A DNA stretch of 64,000 nt from positions 141,546,001 through 141,610,000 of the forward strand of contig OZ038378.1 of the NCBI GenBank assembly GCA_964036045.1. Direction: 5' to 3'. Shown one piece after another: positions 23,026-35,578 of the stretch. Numbering within the stretch: the first letter of the stretch is position 1; every line of letters starts with the position of its first letter. A program made the position numbers and the translations under genes. The notes beneath the pieces are model-generated. The model did not search any database. It saw only the letters and a program-made list of their open reading frames with translations, and was not told where the DNA came from. The stretch comes from Eutreptiella sp. 'Long Island Sound 2002'. Lineage: Eukaryota; Protista; Euglenida.

Positions 23026-23260
23026 CTCTATGCCGGTCCTCACGCTGTACAGCCCCCACTCGATGCCGGCCCTGCTGGGGTATCAGGCCGCGCAGATGGT
23101 GGCGGGGTATCAGGTGTCGCAGATGGAGAGCCTGGACGCCATCATGAAGCTCTGGAGGCAGTTTGTGCACGACGTGCGGGGGTTCTGGGAGGTGGGGGAG
23201 GACCTGCTGCCCCACGTGGGGGAGGGCCCCCCGGACTGGAACACATGCCTACTGCATCAG
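23026..23260 (+). CDS. RAB3GAP1: Rab3GAP catalytic subunit, exon 6
   Basis: LWRQFVHDVRGFWE...GPPDWNTCLLHQ matches LWQEFVLEMRFRWE...GPPDLRCCLLHQ; donor CAG|gtgtgg. Confidence 0.88.
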
Positions 23261-23574
23261 GTGTGGCTGTGGGGGGCCGGCCGGGCCGGGCTGGGCACAA
23301 GGCCGTCCGGTGAGTGGGACCGCAGACCCCCCACCCGGAGACCATCAGGTGCCATGCCCTCAAAGATGGTGTCCAATATCCAGTTGTCACCCCCACCCAC
23401 AAGTAGCGCTGTCGAGAGAACATATCTGGGGGAATGCACGTTCTGTCTGTCCCGGCGGTGCATCCCTGATAAGGTGGTGGTGGGGGGGGTGTGCCTCACT
23501 ATAATCTCGCCAGTTTTCGAGTATCCATGTCTTCCATGTCCTTTCTACTTCTACGGAACCTGCCCCACGGGTAT

Positions 23575-23945
23575 CTTTGGCTAGTGGCTGGTGCTGCCGC
23601 CTCTAGCAACCGCTGGCTGCTGCTGCTGCTGTTGTTGGTTGCTGCTGATCTGCCGCTGCTGCCGCAGCGGCTGCCAACTGCTGCTGCTGCTGCCGCCTGG
23701 CAGCTGGCTGTTGCTGCTGTGTCCGCTTCTACCGGTTGCTGGCTGCTTCATGGTGCTGTGGCTGCGGGCTGCTGCTGTCTACCGCATCTGGCAGCCACCG
23801 GCTGCTTGCTGATACTGCTGGCGGCTGGCGGCTGATTGTGCTGCTGGTGGTGCCTGCAAAGGCTGGCCGGCTGCTGCTGCAACTGGCGGCTGGTGACTGC
23901 TGCCAGCTGGCTATTGCTGCCGCAGCTGCCGCTGCTGCTACCATT
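23575..23945. repeat. Degenerate (GCT/GGCT)n microsatellite
   Basis: Dense ctgctgctg/ggctg tract inside a RAB3GAP1 intron; a similar tract lies at 25265-25360. Confidence 0.8.
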
Positions 23946-24559
23946 ACAAGCCGCTACATGTGGAGGGCCTGGGCTGGGGGCTTGGGAGGGGGGGGGATCA
24001 AGTGTGGAGCACTCCTTTGCACACAACCACATCCGGTGCATCCCATATGATGATCTATTGGCACAGCGCCTTGTCCGGAAGCACCTTCTATGTCCCTCGA
24101 GGTCACCACCACAAACTGGTGCGGAAAGACGCTGTATAAGGACACGGAAGATTTGTCTCAAAGGAACGAAAACACGTGTGAAACAAAACAGTCATGCTGA
24201 GGGACTCACCATCATGGAGCTCTCCGCATTGGGGGGCGGTTTGGGCAAGCTCTTTGGTGCATCCCCCACGGTGGGGCGTCATACGTGCTATGCCCATGCT
24301 TTGCACAAATGCTCCGGTAATTGTATTAACAGGAGATTGCCAGTTTCATGCAGGTTCATGATGAATAGATACTGAGAGTATTTTAACGAAGTTTTTGTGT
24401 GCATCACTGTCAGCTGTAGCCAGGGCTGTCAGCTTGCGGGGGGAAGGGGGGCCATGAAGGTCTGAAAACTAGCGCAGACGTCCCAATGGCCCTCCGAGGC
24501 ACACCAAAACCGACGGTGCACGCGGGGCCTTAGAGAATGAGCGGATGTGGGACGGTCGG

Positions 24560-26015
24560 GTCCGTGGTAAAACTTAGTAAATTTTTTTTTAAAAAAAACT
24601 TGGTAAATTTTTTTATTTACTAAGTTTTTCCTCTTGGGGTGGGTTTTTTTCTAAGTAAATTACTTAGTAGAAAAAAATTTTTACCAAGTAAATGACTTAC
24701 CCAAAAAATAAGTTTCCCCACTTCTGACTGCCACTGGGCCCACTTGTGGGCTATTTCTGATATTGTCCCCCCACTCTGAAATCCACGCTTTGTTGCGTGG
24801 CCCCCCAAAAATAAGATTTTCCACTTTTGACTGCTGCCACTCCTGATTCTGCCCCCCCCACTCTGAAGCGGTGGGGACCCCCCAAGCGGCAGGGGTTATG
24901 TAGCCACCTTGCCCACTTGTGGGCCACTTCTGATTCTGCCCCCCGCATTGCAATTCACCAACAAACAACCAAAACTGCCATCGAAGCCCGCTTTCCGGGG
25001 TTTTCATGGGATATGGCCATGTTTATGAGGGACAGTGCTGACGAAATGATCAACGCCGCCCGTGCAGTGTGGAGGACTGCTCTATGGTTGCTGTGCTACT
25101 GGCATGCACAAAAGAACACGAGAGAAAATTTGAAAGACCGTGTGGCAATCCCAGAGTTGCGGCCGCAAGTGCCACGAATGTAAGGTTCTTCATTGTGCCT
25201 TGCATGCGTCCATCTTGTGTCAATCGGAGATTTGTGTTGGGTTGCGCCAATTCTGGACGGCCACCTTGCTGCTGTTGCTGTTGCTTCTGCTGTTGTTGCT
25301 GCTGCTGCTGTTGACACGCGTCCTGGTGTGCCCACTGTTGTTGCTGCTTCTGCTGTTAACACCCGTTGTGGTGTGTGGATCTGTCCCAAGTGGTATGCAG
25401 TGCCTCCTCAATACCCCTAAAAAGCTGATGGTCAACTGAGAAATGACCAAGCATTTTGCACCGGGCTGCAAGGGGAGTTGAAAACGGCTCTGTTTGGGAT
25501 GTGCACCAATAATCCCACAGTGCGAGGCAAACCGCGCCATGCAGATACTAAGGCCAACCTGATTTTCAAGTGTGTCTTTTGTAACTACTTGTAAGTAGTT
25601 CCCACGGATGTTGGCCATGGCCCTGTCAGGACTCTTTTCTTGAGCCTGATTTTGTTTCTTCTACCCGACCCCAATTATATTTTGGTATGTTGGCTGAGTG
25701 CCAACTAATTGGTGTGCATGATGGTTTGGCCTAGGTGGGGCGCCACTAACACAAGTGGCCGAGAATCGACTCGGGGGCCTTGTGCCCTTAAACAAAAGTA
25801 CCACCTACCATCGAAGTGTTGACTACCTTGTTTAAAACGGCAGCCGGGGGGGGGGGGGGGGGCGGGTGGCTTAGTGGACCGAGGTAAAACTTAGTGAAAA
25901 AAAGATTTTTTAAAAAAAATTTGAAAATTTTTTTACAAGGTTTTACCTCGTTTCTACTAAGTTTTACCAAATTTTACTAAGTGCCACCTCGTCCGGTACT
26001 AAGTTTTACCAAATA
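24560..26015 (+). mobile_element. Internally deleted Mutator-like (MULE) DNA transposon remnant
   Basis: About 24970-25180 reads AMFMRDSADEMINAARAVWRTALWLLCYWHAQKNTREN, matching the MULE pattern D...NA...C-x-W-H-x-x-x-N. Both ends carry palindromic modules built on ggtaaaacttagta / tactaagttttacc. Confidence 0.6.
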
Positions 26016-26424
26016 CCCGGGATGGTCCGAAGCCGATCGCGCGTGCGCGCCCGCCGCCACGGACGGTGGGTTCTCTGAATGGGAGCAACTTGATTGTATT
26101 TCCGTTCTTTTTGTCAAGCACACCCAGCTTGTGCACTCGTTAGGCCTGACATTTGAACCGTCATGCTTTCGTGTGTATGGCATTGGTTGTGCTGGTGCTT
26201 GTGTTTGCAAATACCTTTGTGTCTATTTTTATAGTAGTTGTGTCAGTGTCTCTGTTTGTGTGTTTGCGTTCGTAACGGTTTGATGTCATTCTTTATTTCG
26301 TCTGCCTGTTGTGTTGTTTCCTCATGCGGTTGTGGCTTTGGTTGCTTGCTGTTGGTTCTGTGTCACTGTGCCTCTGGTTGTGTGGACGAAGTCGAGCGGA
26401 CCTGTGCTCTCCTGTGTCTATCAG

Positions 26425-26526
26425 AAGCTGCAGATGCTGAACAGCTGCATCGAGCAGCAGAAGTCCACGGCGCAGGGCGTGTCTGCGTCCTCCAATGAAA
26501 CAGACGGCTGGGACTTAGATCTGGAG
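26425..26526 (+). CDS. RAB3GAP1: Rab3GAP catalytic subunit, exon 7
   Basis: tatcag|KLQMLNSCIEQQK matches the family motif KLQMLNCCIERK and joins LLHQ in phase 0. The 3' end (GAG|gtcgag) is tentative. Confidence 0.88.
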
Positions 26527-28214
26527 GTCGAGGAGGTTCCCTCTTCCCAGTCCCATTTGCCCCCCTCCCCCTGCCCACCCAACCAGTCCTGTGGTTATAA
26601 CCATGTGCAAGGATTAAGCCTAATCGCAACTGTGCAGGGGAATGGGCCATAAGCGTGCGGAACGGTGCAGCCTCCATTTGTCCACCCGTGCGCGACTCCC
26701 CCCCCCCCCTCCCTCCCGGAAAGACGTCCGGTGATCGTGTTCATTGGTACAACAACAAACCAATTTTGTCTGCGGAGGAAAGACCCGTCCAAAATTTTCC
26801 AGGGTCCCAAAGGCCTACTCCTTGCACATGCTGTACCACCCCATGTGGGCCATGCATAAGTGTGCGGTGTGTGCCCTCCACAGCCAAGCGTGTGCAACTG
26901 AGCGCAGCCAGAGCGCGTGGCCGTGCACAACCGCACGCGCGTGGTCATGTGTAGCGGTGGTGATCCAGCAACCCCTGGCCCCTGGCGCATGATTTCGGCG
27001 GAAGATATGGTGGACCCTCCCCACTCCACGGTTTTGGAATGCCTAAATGTAAGGCCTGCCAGCGCTGGCAGGGGGTTGGGCGCCCCGGGGGCAGTGGGTT
27101 GCGAGTTTGAGGCTGACAGACGTTCCACTGTCACCCTCCCCCCCCCCCCCATTGCCCCGCTCCCCCGGACCCGCCCTACCGGTGGCCCAGGACCACCGGG
27201 TGAGCGCATGGCGCCTGCGTAGTGTCCGCAGCAAGTGGGAGGGAAACTCGGCCCCATTGATCCCCTCCACCCGCAACAATTAACGGGTGGACCCCTCCCT
27301 CCCCCCAACCGCCATAAGTTGCACAAGACGCGCGCGCGCACACACACACACCCACACCCACCCACACACCCACCCACCCACACACACACGGGGCAACAGA
27401 ACACAAGGACTCATGGTTCGGTCGCATAGTTGTTGAACCTCGCAGTTTGAGCATCATTTGAAAGATTTGGGCGTCACACACACACACACAATTGAAATAT
27501 GAAATTCCAATGGAAACCACTGCATTCCCGATTGAAAAACGAGATATGTGCCCGAGGGGGGGGGGGGGGGGGGGCAAAAGGCCACACGCCAGCCCCCAGA
27601 GTCATAGTGGCAGCACGTGGACCCAGGGCTCTCCTCCGATGACCAAGGCGCCCAGGCCCTCTCATTCTGCTGTGGTGCCAGCGATGGCAGCATTTTAGAG
27701 CGAGTGGGGGGACGTAGAGCCGGCGATGTGTGTGCTGTCCCCTCTGTGGGCAGAGCAGCGGAGGCGGACAGTCCCCACCCCTGTGGTGTCCACCCGTACC
27801 AAGAGGGCTCACTCCAGAGCACTTTGCACTTGGCGCCGTGCTAGTGCGCCTCCGGGTCTCCGCGCCAACTCGAGTTCCGCCGGTGTTTGCGCCTCTCGGG
27901 TGGTTCTGCGGGTGCAGGAAGCAACTGCCGGCGAGGGTTCATGCCGCCCAACCCTTGACAGTGACTGTCGCCCATTGATGGCTGTGGAGATGGAGTAAGA
28001 CACCCCACGGTCTACGTCTGATTGCCTCATGGTAGGCAAGCACTCGAGCCAGGACATAGGCACGGAGGCTCGACGGCAATGGGCAGCAGTCGGAGGATAG
28101 CCCACGGTACTTGAAAGCCAATTCGTGGGATCCGGTGTGGACTCATGGCGTCGCTTTACGAGACGAGGGCCTGCCCTGTGCTTTGCCCCCGCCCCATGCC
28201 CACTTCATGCTCAG

Positions 28215-28490
28215 AGCCCGTCCAACAGCTGTCCCACGGCCAGCCCCGCCGCAAATCACGTGTCATCGCCTGAGCCCGACGCAGACGCAGAGGGCAGGGA
28301 AGGCCACCTGCGCCCCTTGGACGGGGTGCGGATGGTGCGGAGTGCGCGGGACGTGTACATCCCCATCACCCAACAGTCGCTGCCCGTGACAGAGGACATG
28401 ATTTGTCAGCAGCAGGAGGCCTTCTCAAAACTGGGCACCTCCAAAGAGGCCCACAAGATCCGCACCCGCATGCAGACGGTCTCATTGAAG
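28215..28490 (+). CDS. RAB3GAP1: Rab3GAP catalytic subunit, exon 8
   Basis: EGREGHLRPL...VYIPITQQSLPVTEDMICQQQEAFSKLGTSKEAHKIRTRMQTVSLK matches LYIPVTQEPAPMTED...LAKLGTS..G..LRARMQS; donor AAG|gtgcgc. The acceptor could be 28215 or 28229. Confidence 0.9.
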
Positions 28491-30700
28491 GTGCGCCGGG
28501 CCGAGGCCTGCTGCGGTGGATGCCATGGGCCCAGGGCTGCCGTCATGCACAGATGAGAGCACGTGCACTACACTCTTTGTGTCACTGTCACTATCGCCCT
28601 CAACTGCCCCCCCCCTCCCCCCAGTGCTGTGCAGATGGCTCTTTTTTTTTTATTTTGAGGAAGACAAGCAGCGGCCTGACCACGGGCTGAAAGCGTGCAT
28701 GGCAAGCCAAAGTCCAAAGGTGAGTAAGCCCATCATACCGTGAGAATCCGACTGCATCCGTAAGAACAAACTTTGGACGCCCCATCGATCTACTCAGACC
28801 AGGCAATCCTCACACCCCGTGTGAGCTGGCTTTTGGTGCACCCACTGCTGCATCGTACACACGGTGGCGCGGGGTTACAGCGTGGCCCAGTAGCAGGGGT
28901 CACGCAACCCATTACCAAAGCATGCACAACACAAACCTGCGGTGTAGACAAGAAAAGCCCATCGATGTGTGCGTAGAGGCATGAGCGAAGTACTTGTGGC
29001 GACCCAAAGTGTGCCCTCCTAGATGGTGACAGCCGGCTGGGCTGCAGCCTGTATTCATCCCCACTCCGAATAAAAACAGATTTGCACCACAATGTTCGAG
29101 TACACTGGTTCCTAAAGCTCTGAAGGGGCGGGCTTCGTTCCAAAAAAAAAAACAAGGTCAGCCTTGTGGAGGCTCCCTCCACACTCTTAGGACTATTGGG
29201 TTTTCAATTCGGGGGGAGGGGGGCCCCCCAAACTGGGAGGGGGGGTTCGGGAACAGGGCTCAATTGATAGGACCATTAACCAGTTGTTGCGAAGTCTGGC
29301 ACTGAAGGCGCCGAAAACTTTTTTGAGCATTGAAAATGGTCAATTTTTTTTTCACCAAATACATGGCAAACGATGACTTTCTGAAGCCCCTCGACGCGCC
29401 GATTCCAAAAATCCCATTTTGATGTTTTGCCAAATTTTGGGTCTGGGTCACGTTTGGGGCCCTGGGGTCAGTCGTGATAGGATTTGGGGGGCTGTTTGAA
29501 CACGGTGGCGCTATCTGACCGTCGTTTTGCTGACCGCAGTTGTTGTGGTAACATGGTGACAATATTCTGCTTGAGACCCTGACACGCTGCTGTTTGTTTT
29601 GAGATGATTTCCAGCAAATTTTGCTGCAAACCAGATGCTCGTGTGTCAGGCGCAGGCACAGCGTTCTCTACGTACGGGATGCCTGGCTGACCGTCATTCT
29701 CTGTGAGTTCGACCCACCGGCGCAAGGGAAGGAGGGTACGGTACCTGAGGCCCCCAAGAAAAGCTTGCCCACCGAAAGTCGACCTTAACTTTCTGACCGC
29801 TGACGTAAAATCCCGTTTTCTCTTGCATGAGTGTGTGGGTTGGGTTGGGGATAAGCAACCCTCTGCACTGCATACTGGGCCCAGGCACACCCTGCGCCGT
29901 ACAATCCCTAAAATGTGCGGCAGCCTCTGAATTGCACTGCAGTGTGTTGTGTCGCACGACCTGACCGACAGTCCTAACCGCTGCACATGCGTATGCACAT
30001 CCACGGCACACACCCCACGCCCCGCTCCTTCTCATGTCATGGTGGATAGTCACATAGGCCATGCCGCATCCCTGTACACCCAAACCGGCATTACTGAGCG
30101 GCAAACTGACTCCCCCTTTATGCCCCCCCAAACCCCCACTCATTGTCACTGTACTCCACCATCCGTTCCAACCCATTCTTGCCCTTCAAAATCCTCTACA
30201 ACCCTCTACAACCTTCTACAGCTAATATCGACAGCCGCAACCCCCCACGCACACACATATGCACGCAGCAACTCTCTGCAGCCTTTTATAACCATCCACG
30301 CCCCATTGTGTAATCCGTTCCCTCAGATACCCTCAGTTGTAACTGGTTGCTAAGGGTGCCACGCTGTGTAGGCTGATGTCAGCTGTGGTAGATGGTTCTA
30401 AGTGGTGGAAACTATTGTAGAGGGTTGCCGACAGTTGGAAGGGTGGGGGAGCCTGGTAGAGTGTTGTGTGGGGGAGGTTGGGTTGTAACTGGGTTGCAGC
30501 TTTCTCATAGCTGCACCTAATTTGCGGGGACAAAATCAGAAGTGGCTACCTCACCCCTGCCTTCTCGGGGGGCAGCAGAGGGCGGAGTTGCTACGTAACC
30601 CTTGCATTCTCGAGGGTCCCCAACACCAAGCACGGGAACAACAACAGAACTGGCTACCTCACCCCTGCCTTCTCGCCGCCTGCCCCTCCATGTGACACAG

Positions 30701-31021
30701 TCGGACATGCGTGCCTTCAAAGCCGCCAACCCCTTCGACCCGTGCCTTGTGGACTTCGTGCGCTGGTACTCCCCGAAGGACTTCAACCCCAACGCCCTGG
30801 CCCAGTATGACCAGGAGCATCCCCCGAGCACGCCCCCCGGGCCTGATCCATCTCGTGAGGCCGCATGCCTTAGTGCGCGGATGCAGGAGCCTGGCAACGT
30901 TTGGCAGAGTGTCTGGGACGAGGCGGATGCAGCCCCTGTGTCCCGGCAGCAGCACGTGTTCGACGCAGTGCGCGAGGCGAATCTGGCACTGCACTACATC
31001 GAGCAGCTGTCCCCAATGGAG
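30701..31021 (+). CDS. RAB3GAP1: Rab3GAP catalytic subunit, exon 9 (most conserved core)
   Basis: SDMRAFKAANPFDPCLVDFVRWYSPKDF...LSARMQEPGNVWQSVW...APVSRQQHVFD; cag|...|gtgtgg, phase 0/0. Confidence 0.95.
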
Positions 31022-32155
31022 GTGTGGAAGCAGGGCGTAGGCGGAGAAGTTGGTGGAGTTTGGTAGAGCAGACAAAGCAGAAGGCGCACAGCACACACAG
31101 ACATCACCAACCACCCACTGCACGCAAAAAAGACCCCGCCGCACTGCACCACACTACACACCGCACGAAGCACACAGTTTAGCGGGCTGGTGATTCAGTG
31201 CTCTACTCTGCTTCGGGATGATTATGTCATGTGTTCGGATGATGGACAAGTTGTCGTTGAAACGTTGCTTCGGGATCCCAGGCTTTAAGTTGATGCCTAC
31301 ACCCCTTTTGTCATGCTCATGGACGCTCTTTGGAGGGGGGGGGGGATGCTTCTGTTTTAGAAATCCAGAGGGTGAGGGGTATTTGTTGCAAGTGTCTACG
31401 GATGTGGTGTCTCATGTGTGTTGTGTGCTGTATGGTGTGATGTGATCTATGGTGTATGATGTGTGGTGTTACGTTCACTTCTGGTCTTGGCCTCATCATC
31501 ATATCGCAGATTTTGAAGGGCTATGAGAGAATCCTGTGGGTTGGAATCTGCAAGATTGCCAATTAGCTGGGGCCATTGCATACACCATGTGCACGCACCA
31601 TGCATCCATAGAGGTGTCTGGAACCCGTTGTCGTTTCGTTGTCTAGTTGCGTAGCGCTTAATAATGTAGGCTCATTGTGCCATGATGATGCTTTGAGTCA
31701 TACCACATGCCCTCAAGCCCCCGCGCGGGGCACAGAAAGCTTGGTGCATCAATCTGGCACCGTCATGGTGCAAAACTGCATTACTTAGCCCTCTCATGGT
31801 GCGTAAACACCTTGGTACATTAATTTCCCCCTAACATTGTGCAACAGGGCTTGCCGGGCACGAAAACTTGTTGCACTTGATGTTGCCCCGTCGTGGGGCA
31901 TCAAATAACTACTTAGTCTTGTGCTGCGCCAATCTGTGTTGTATTGCGCCATATGTCATTGTTGTGCTCAATTATGAAGGACAATGCCCTTGTCCTAGCT
32001 TTCCCTATGTCTACAGGTATCCTACACACAGCTTCCGATGGGAGAGAGGTTGGTTGCCATTTTGGTTGGACCAGCCCCACAAGGGAAAAAATCTCCATTC
32101 GTCCGCAACAATGTGAATGTGAAGGAGGTGTTACATGATTCACTCTACTGGCAAA

Positions 32156-32790
32156 CTGCACAGCAATAGGAGTCAAAGGCTCTTATTTTGTCCCTCCTTG
32201 ATGGGACTAGCTTGAATGAAACCCACACCTCATGCCGCCGTGGTGTGAAAGGGCCTACCACCCTCTCCATGGTCTTCCTAAAGCTTGGGATGTACCCGTG
32301 TCAATGGTCACTATGGTACCTTTCATGGAAGCGGCTACTAAGGTTGACCTCACTAGGCTCCTATAGCTGCACGGCAATAGGAGGCAAAGGCTCTTATTTT
32401 ATCCCTCCTTGATGGGACTGGCTTGAATAAAACCCACACCTCATGCCGCCGTGGTGCGAAAGTGCCTACCACCCTCTCCATGGTCTTCCTAAAGCCAGGG
32501 ATGTACCCGTGTCAATGGTCACTATGGTACCTTTCATGGAAGCGGCTACTAAGGTTGACCTCACTAGGCTCCTATAGCTGCACGGCAGTAGGAGGCAAAG
32601 GCTCTTATTTTGTCCCTCCTTGATGGGACTGGCTTGAATGAAACCCACACCTCATGCCGCCGTGGTGCGAAAGTGCCTACCACCCTCTCCATGGTCTTCC
32701 TAAAGCTAGGGATGTACCCGTGTCAATGGTCACTATGGTACCTTTCATGGAAGCGGCTACTAAGGTTGACCTCACTAGGCTCCTATAGCT
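32156..32790. repeat. 211-bp tandem repeat, three near-identical units; the minus strand resembles a degraded non-LTR endonuclease fragment
   Basis: Units start at 32156, 32367 and 32578. The minus strand reads ...RFHERYHSDH*HGYIPSFRKTMERVVG..., with a GDFKG-like segment upstream at about 32890. Confidence 0.85.
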
Positions 32791-33999
32791 CCCTTACCAG
32801 CACTACTCTTTGGTAGGGTCAAATATGTCTGCCAACTTATCTCTGCACATTGGTCTCGCATTGATAGTCCCCCCCCTTGAAATCCCCCCCCCCCCTGGCC
32901 TCTAGGCACGGCAGAGCAACCAGTGAGAGGACCCCTCCCCCCATGGTGGTTATCTTCCAGGAGCACGCCGGCATGGTGGTGACGTTGGCCTGTGGGCATG
33001 GCAGAGCAACCAGAGCAACCAGTGAGAAGACTTGATTCTTCTTGCTGGTCCCTCTAGTCCCTCTTGGGTGCCTCATAGAACGGGGAGGGCCGGGAGGCAG
33101 TGGGGAAGGCACTGCTCACCCCTACCCCTGCAGCTAGCCCCCATATGCGACAGCGTCATGGACAGTAATCCGCACTTATCTCCCACCCCTTGCAATCCCC
33201 CCCACCCCCCTCCCTGGGGGACCTTTATTTCAATGGTTGGTCAGGTTGCCCTCGCAGGTGCTAAACCGGCTGCAAAATGAGCCCCACACTCCATTGTCTT
33301 CTCATCATCTGCCCTTGCCATGCACTCACTGCCTGTCATGCAGACTGAACATGTGCAACAATTCAAAGTGTGCTATTCTCTTACCCAGAAGTTTCACACC
33401 GTTCGTTTGGCTCACCAATAGCGTTGGAACTACATCAATGACATTGGCACTGCATCAACGCAAAAGTCCATTCATTGGAGGGTACCACATTTTGCCTTGA
33501 AATACCCTCACCCCCCCCCCCCCCCTTGGGGGCCCTCCCAGGGAGACCGTCGTGCGTTAGGGTGGGAGATTCCAAAGGGGGGACGGGGTACCCTTCTTCT
33601 TAAAACCCTTCTACCTCCTTGCTCCTGCAAGAGCATCTTGGACATTAAAGGATGACTGCACTCATTGATACCACCAAGCATGGGAGGACTGCCAGCACAC
33701 CAAGTTGCTTGCTCGAGGGGGGAACACTGGCACCAACCTTAGGACTAAGGGGGAAGCATGCACATACACACGCACATCTACACACCAGGGTGGGATGTCG
33801 GAGTAAGAAAGACAGATGCTGGATTGTGCCAGGTGCTAGGTGCTGGGAGCGAAATGCATTTGCAGGTGCCTTGATCCCGCACCGTCCCACAGCCCCCAGC
33901 TGGCAATGACCACAAGGGTTTTCAGGCCAATCACGAGGTTGTATTCAAGTGACCCCTCACGCCTACCCTCACAGCGTTGTGTCCATATTGGGCTTTCAG

Positions 34000-34160
34000 G
34001 TACTGAAGACACTGGCGCAGCATTTTGTGGTCATGGCATTCTGTACGCTGGCCCAGACCCCCGCAGCGCACTGTGTGCCTCATCTTAAGCAGGAATTGAG
34101 GGCACTCTCCAAGTGCATTAACACATCGCTGCTCAACGAGACAGAGGATTTGGTGGAGAG
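34000..34160 (+). CDS. RAB3GAP1: Rab3GAP catalytic subunit, exon 10
   Basis: tttcag|VLKTLAQHFVVMAFCTL...ETEDLVE AG|gtgtgt; its phase-2 end matches the phase-2 start of the last exon. Confidence 0.75.
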
Positions 34161-34204
34161 GTGTGTGACCCCGCAGCCTGTGGTTGAACCCGGGGGGGGG
34201 GGGT

Positions 34205-34230
34205 GCTTTCTGAGTGTCTATTTTTTTCCG
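34205..34230 (+). other. Euglenid spliced-leader-like sequence (relic), not a complete SL RNA gene
   Basis: gctttctgagtgtctatttttttccg matches the Euglena SL as recalled (ACTTTCTGAGTGTCTATTTTTTTTCG) at 24/26 positions. It is not followed by a GT donor and is preceded by a G12 run. Confidence 0.65.
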
Positions 34231-35578
34231 CGAAAGGCGCCTATGAAATGTCACTGAAGAGCTTTCCTCTTTGACTTTTGCTTTGCACCTCTGCTTTGTG
34301 CCTGACGGTACGGGTCGTGCACATGCATCTGTATCCCATAGCGGGGCAGTGCCGCTTCAGGCTAATGGTGTTCTTGGTGTAACTGTTCCCTTCGCCCATC
34401 TGGCCCCACCTGCCCTCCATCCTTCTTGTTTCTGCCCGAATTTGACCCACCCAACCGCTTTCACTTCCGTGGAGTGGAGTGTCACGCGAGTGTAAGCAAA
34501 AAAAAAAAAAGATAGCTATTTTTTTGAGTGCCACGCGAGTCACTCGCTGAGATTGGAGAAAAAATAGACTTTAAGTATATATATATTTATATAGATATAT
34601 GTGTACAACATATATTTGTGTGTGTGTGTGTGTGTGTGTATTGAGTGTCAGTGTGAGTGTCTTTTTTTTGTGAGTGTCAGCATGAATGCCCACCAAAAAT
34701 TCAAACCGCTTATTTTCGCTTCCAAGCCCCCCCCCCCTTTGGGGCCTTCCTGGGTTATTTAGCCGTTGTGGCCCAACCAGCCAATCCCCCCCTTTGCGGG
34801 CCGCTTCCGATTTTCTCCCCCCCTCTCAAAGCATTGGGGACCCCCCCCCCCCCCGGACGGCAGGGGTAATTTAGCCAATCTGCCCATTTCTGGGTCACTG
34901 CTGATTTTGTCCTCCGATATGAAGCGTTGGGGACTCGAGTTGGCAGGGGTTATGTCACCAATCTGCCCATTTGTGGGCCACGACTGATTTTGTTCCCTGC
35001 TATGAAGTGTTGGGGACCCCCAGATGGCAGGGGTTATGGGTTATGTAGCCTATCTGCTCCACTTGTAGGTCAGTGCTGATTTTCTCCCCCTCTCTGAAGC
35101 ATTGGGGTCACCCAGATGGTAGGTGTTATGTAGCCTATCTACCCATTTGTGGGCCACTGCTCATTTTGTCCTGCGCCATGAAGCGTTGGGGACCCCAGAT
35201 GGCATGGGTTATGTAGCCAATCCGCCCATTTGCTGCACTGGTGCGTCACATTGCACATGTGGTACACTCCAAGTCGTGGTGTCTGTGAGGAGATTGTGTT
35301 GTGGTTGATCCTCAAGGAGTCCCACTTCAAGGTCCTCCTTTTCTAAACTTGGCAATATTTGGTTTCTCGACCTCATAAGTTTGCAAAGGTTAGGCGGGGC
35401 GTGATGGAGCGGTGTGACGCTTGAATTCAAAGGGGTAGGAGGGGCTGTGGTGGGGTCCGGGAACAGGGAATTGCCTTGGTCTTGCAGGGCAGCGACAATG
35501 ACTCACATAGTCTGTCACACGACATTGTCGCCGCAGTTCCTGCGGAGCCCCAAGACCACATTGGGGCCAAGATTTGTA

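Noticed and set aside
27600-27950. Possible additional RAB3GAP1 exon between exons 7 and 8
   Set aside because: No convincing frame or similarity; a phase-0 junction 26526/28215 exists without it. It cannot be fully excluded.
34205-34330. Functional SL RNA gene
   Set aside because: No GT donor follows the leader, no SL intron or Sm-site structure was recognised, and there is no tandem SL/5S context.
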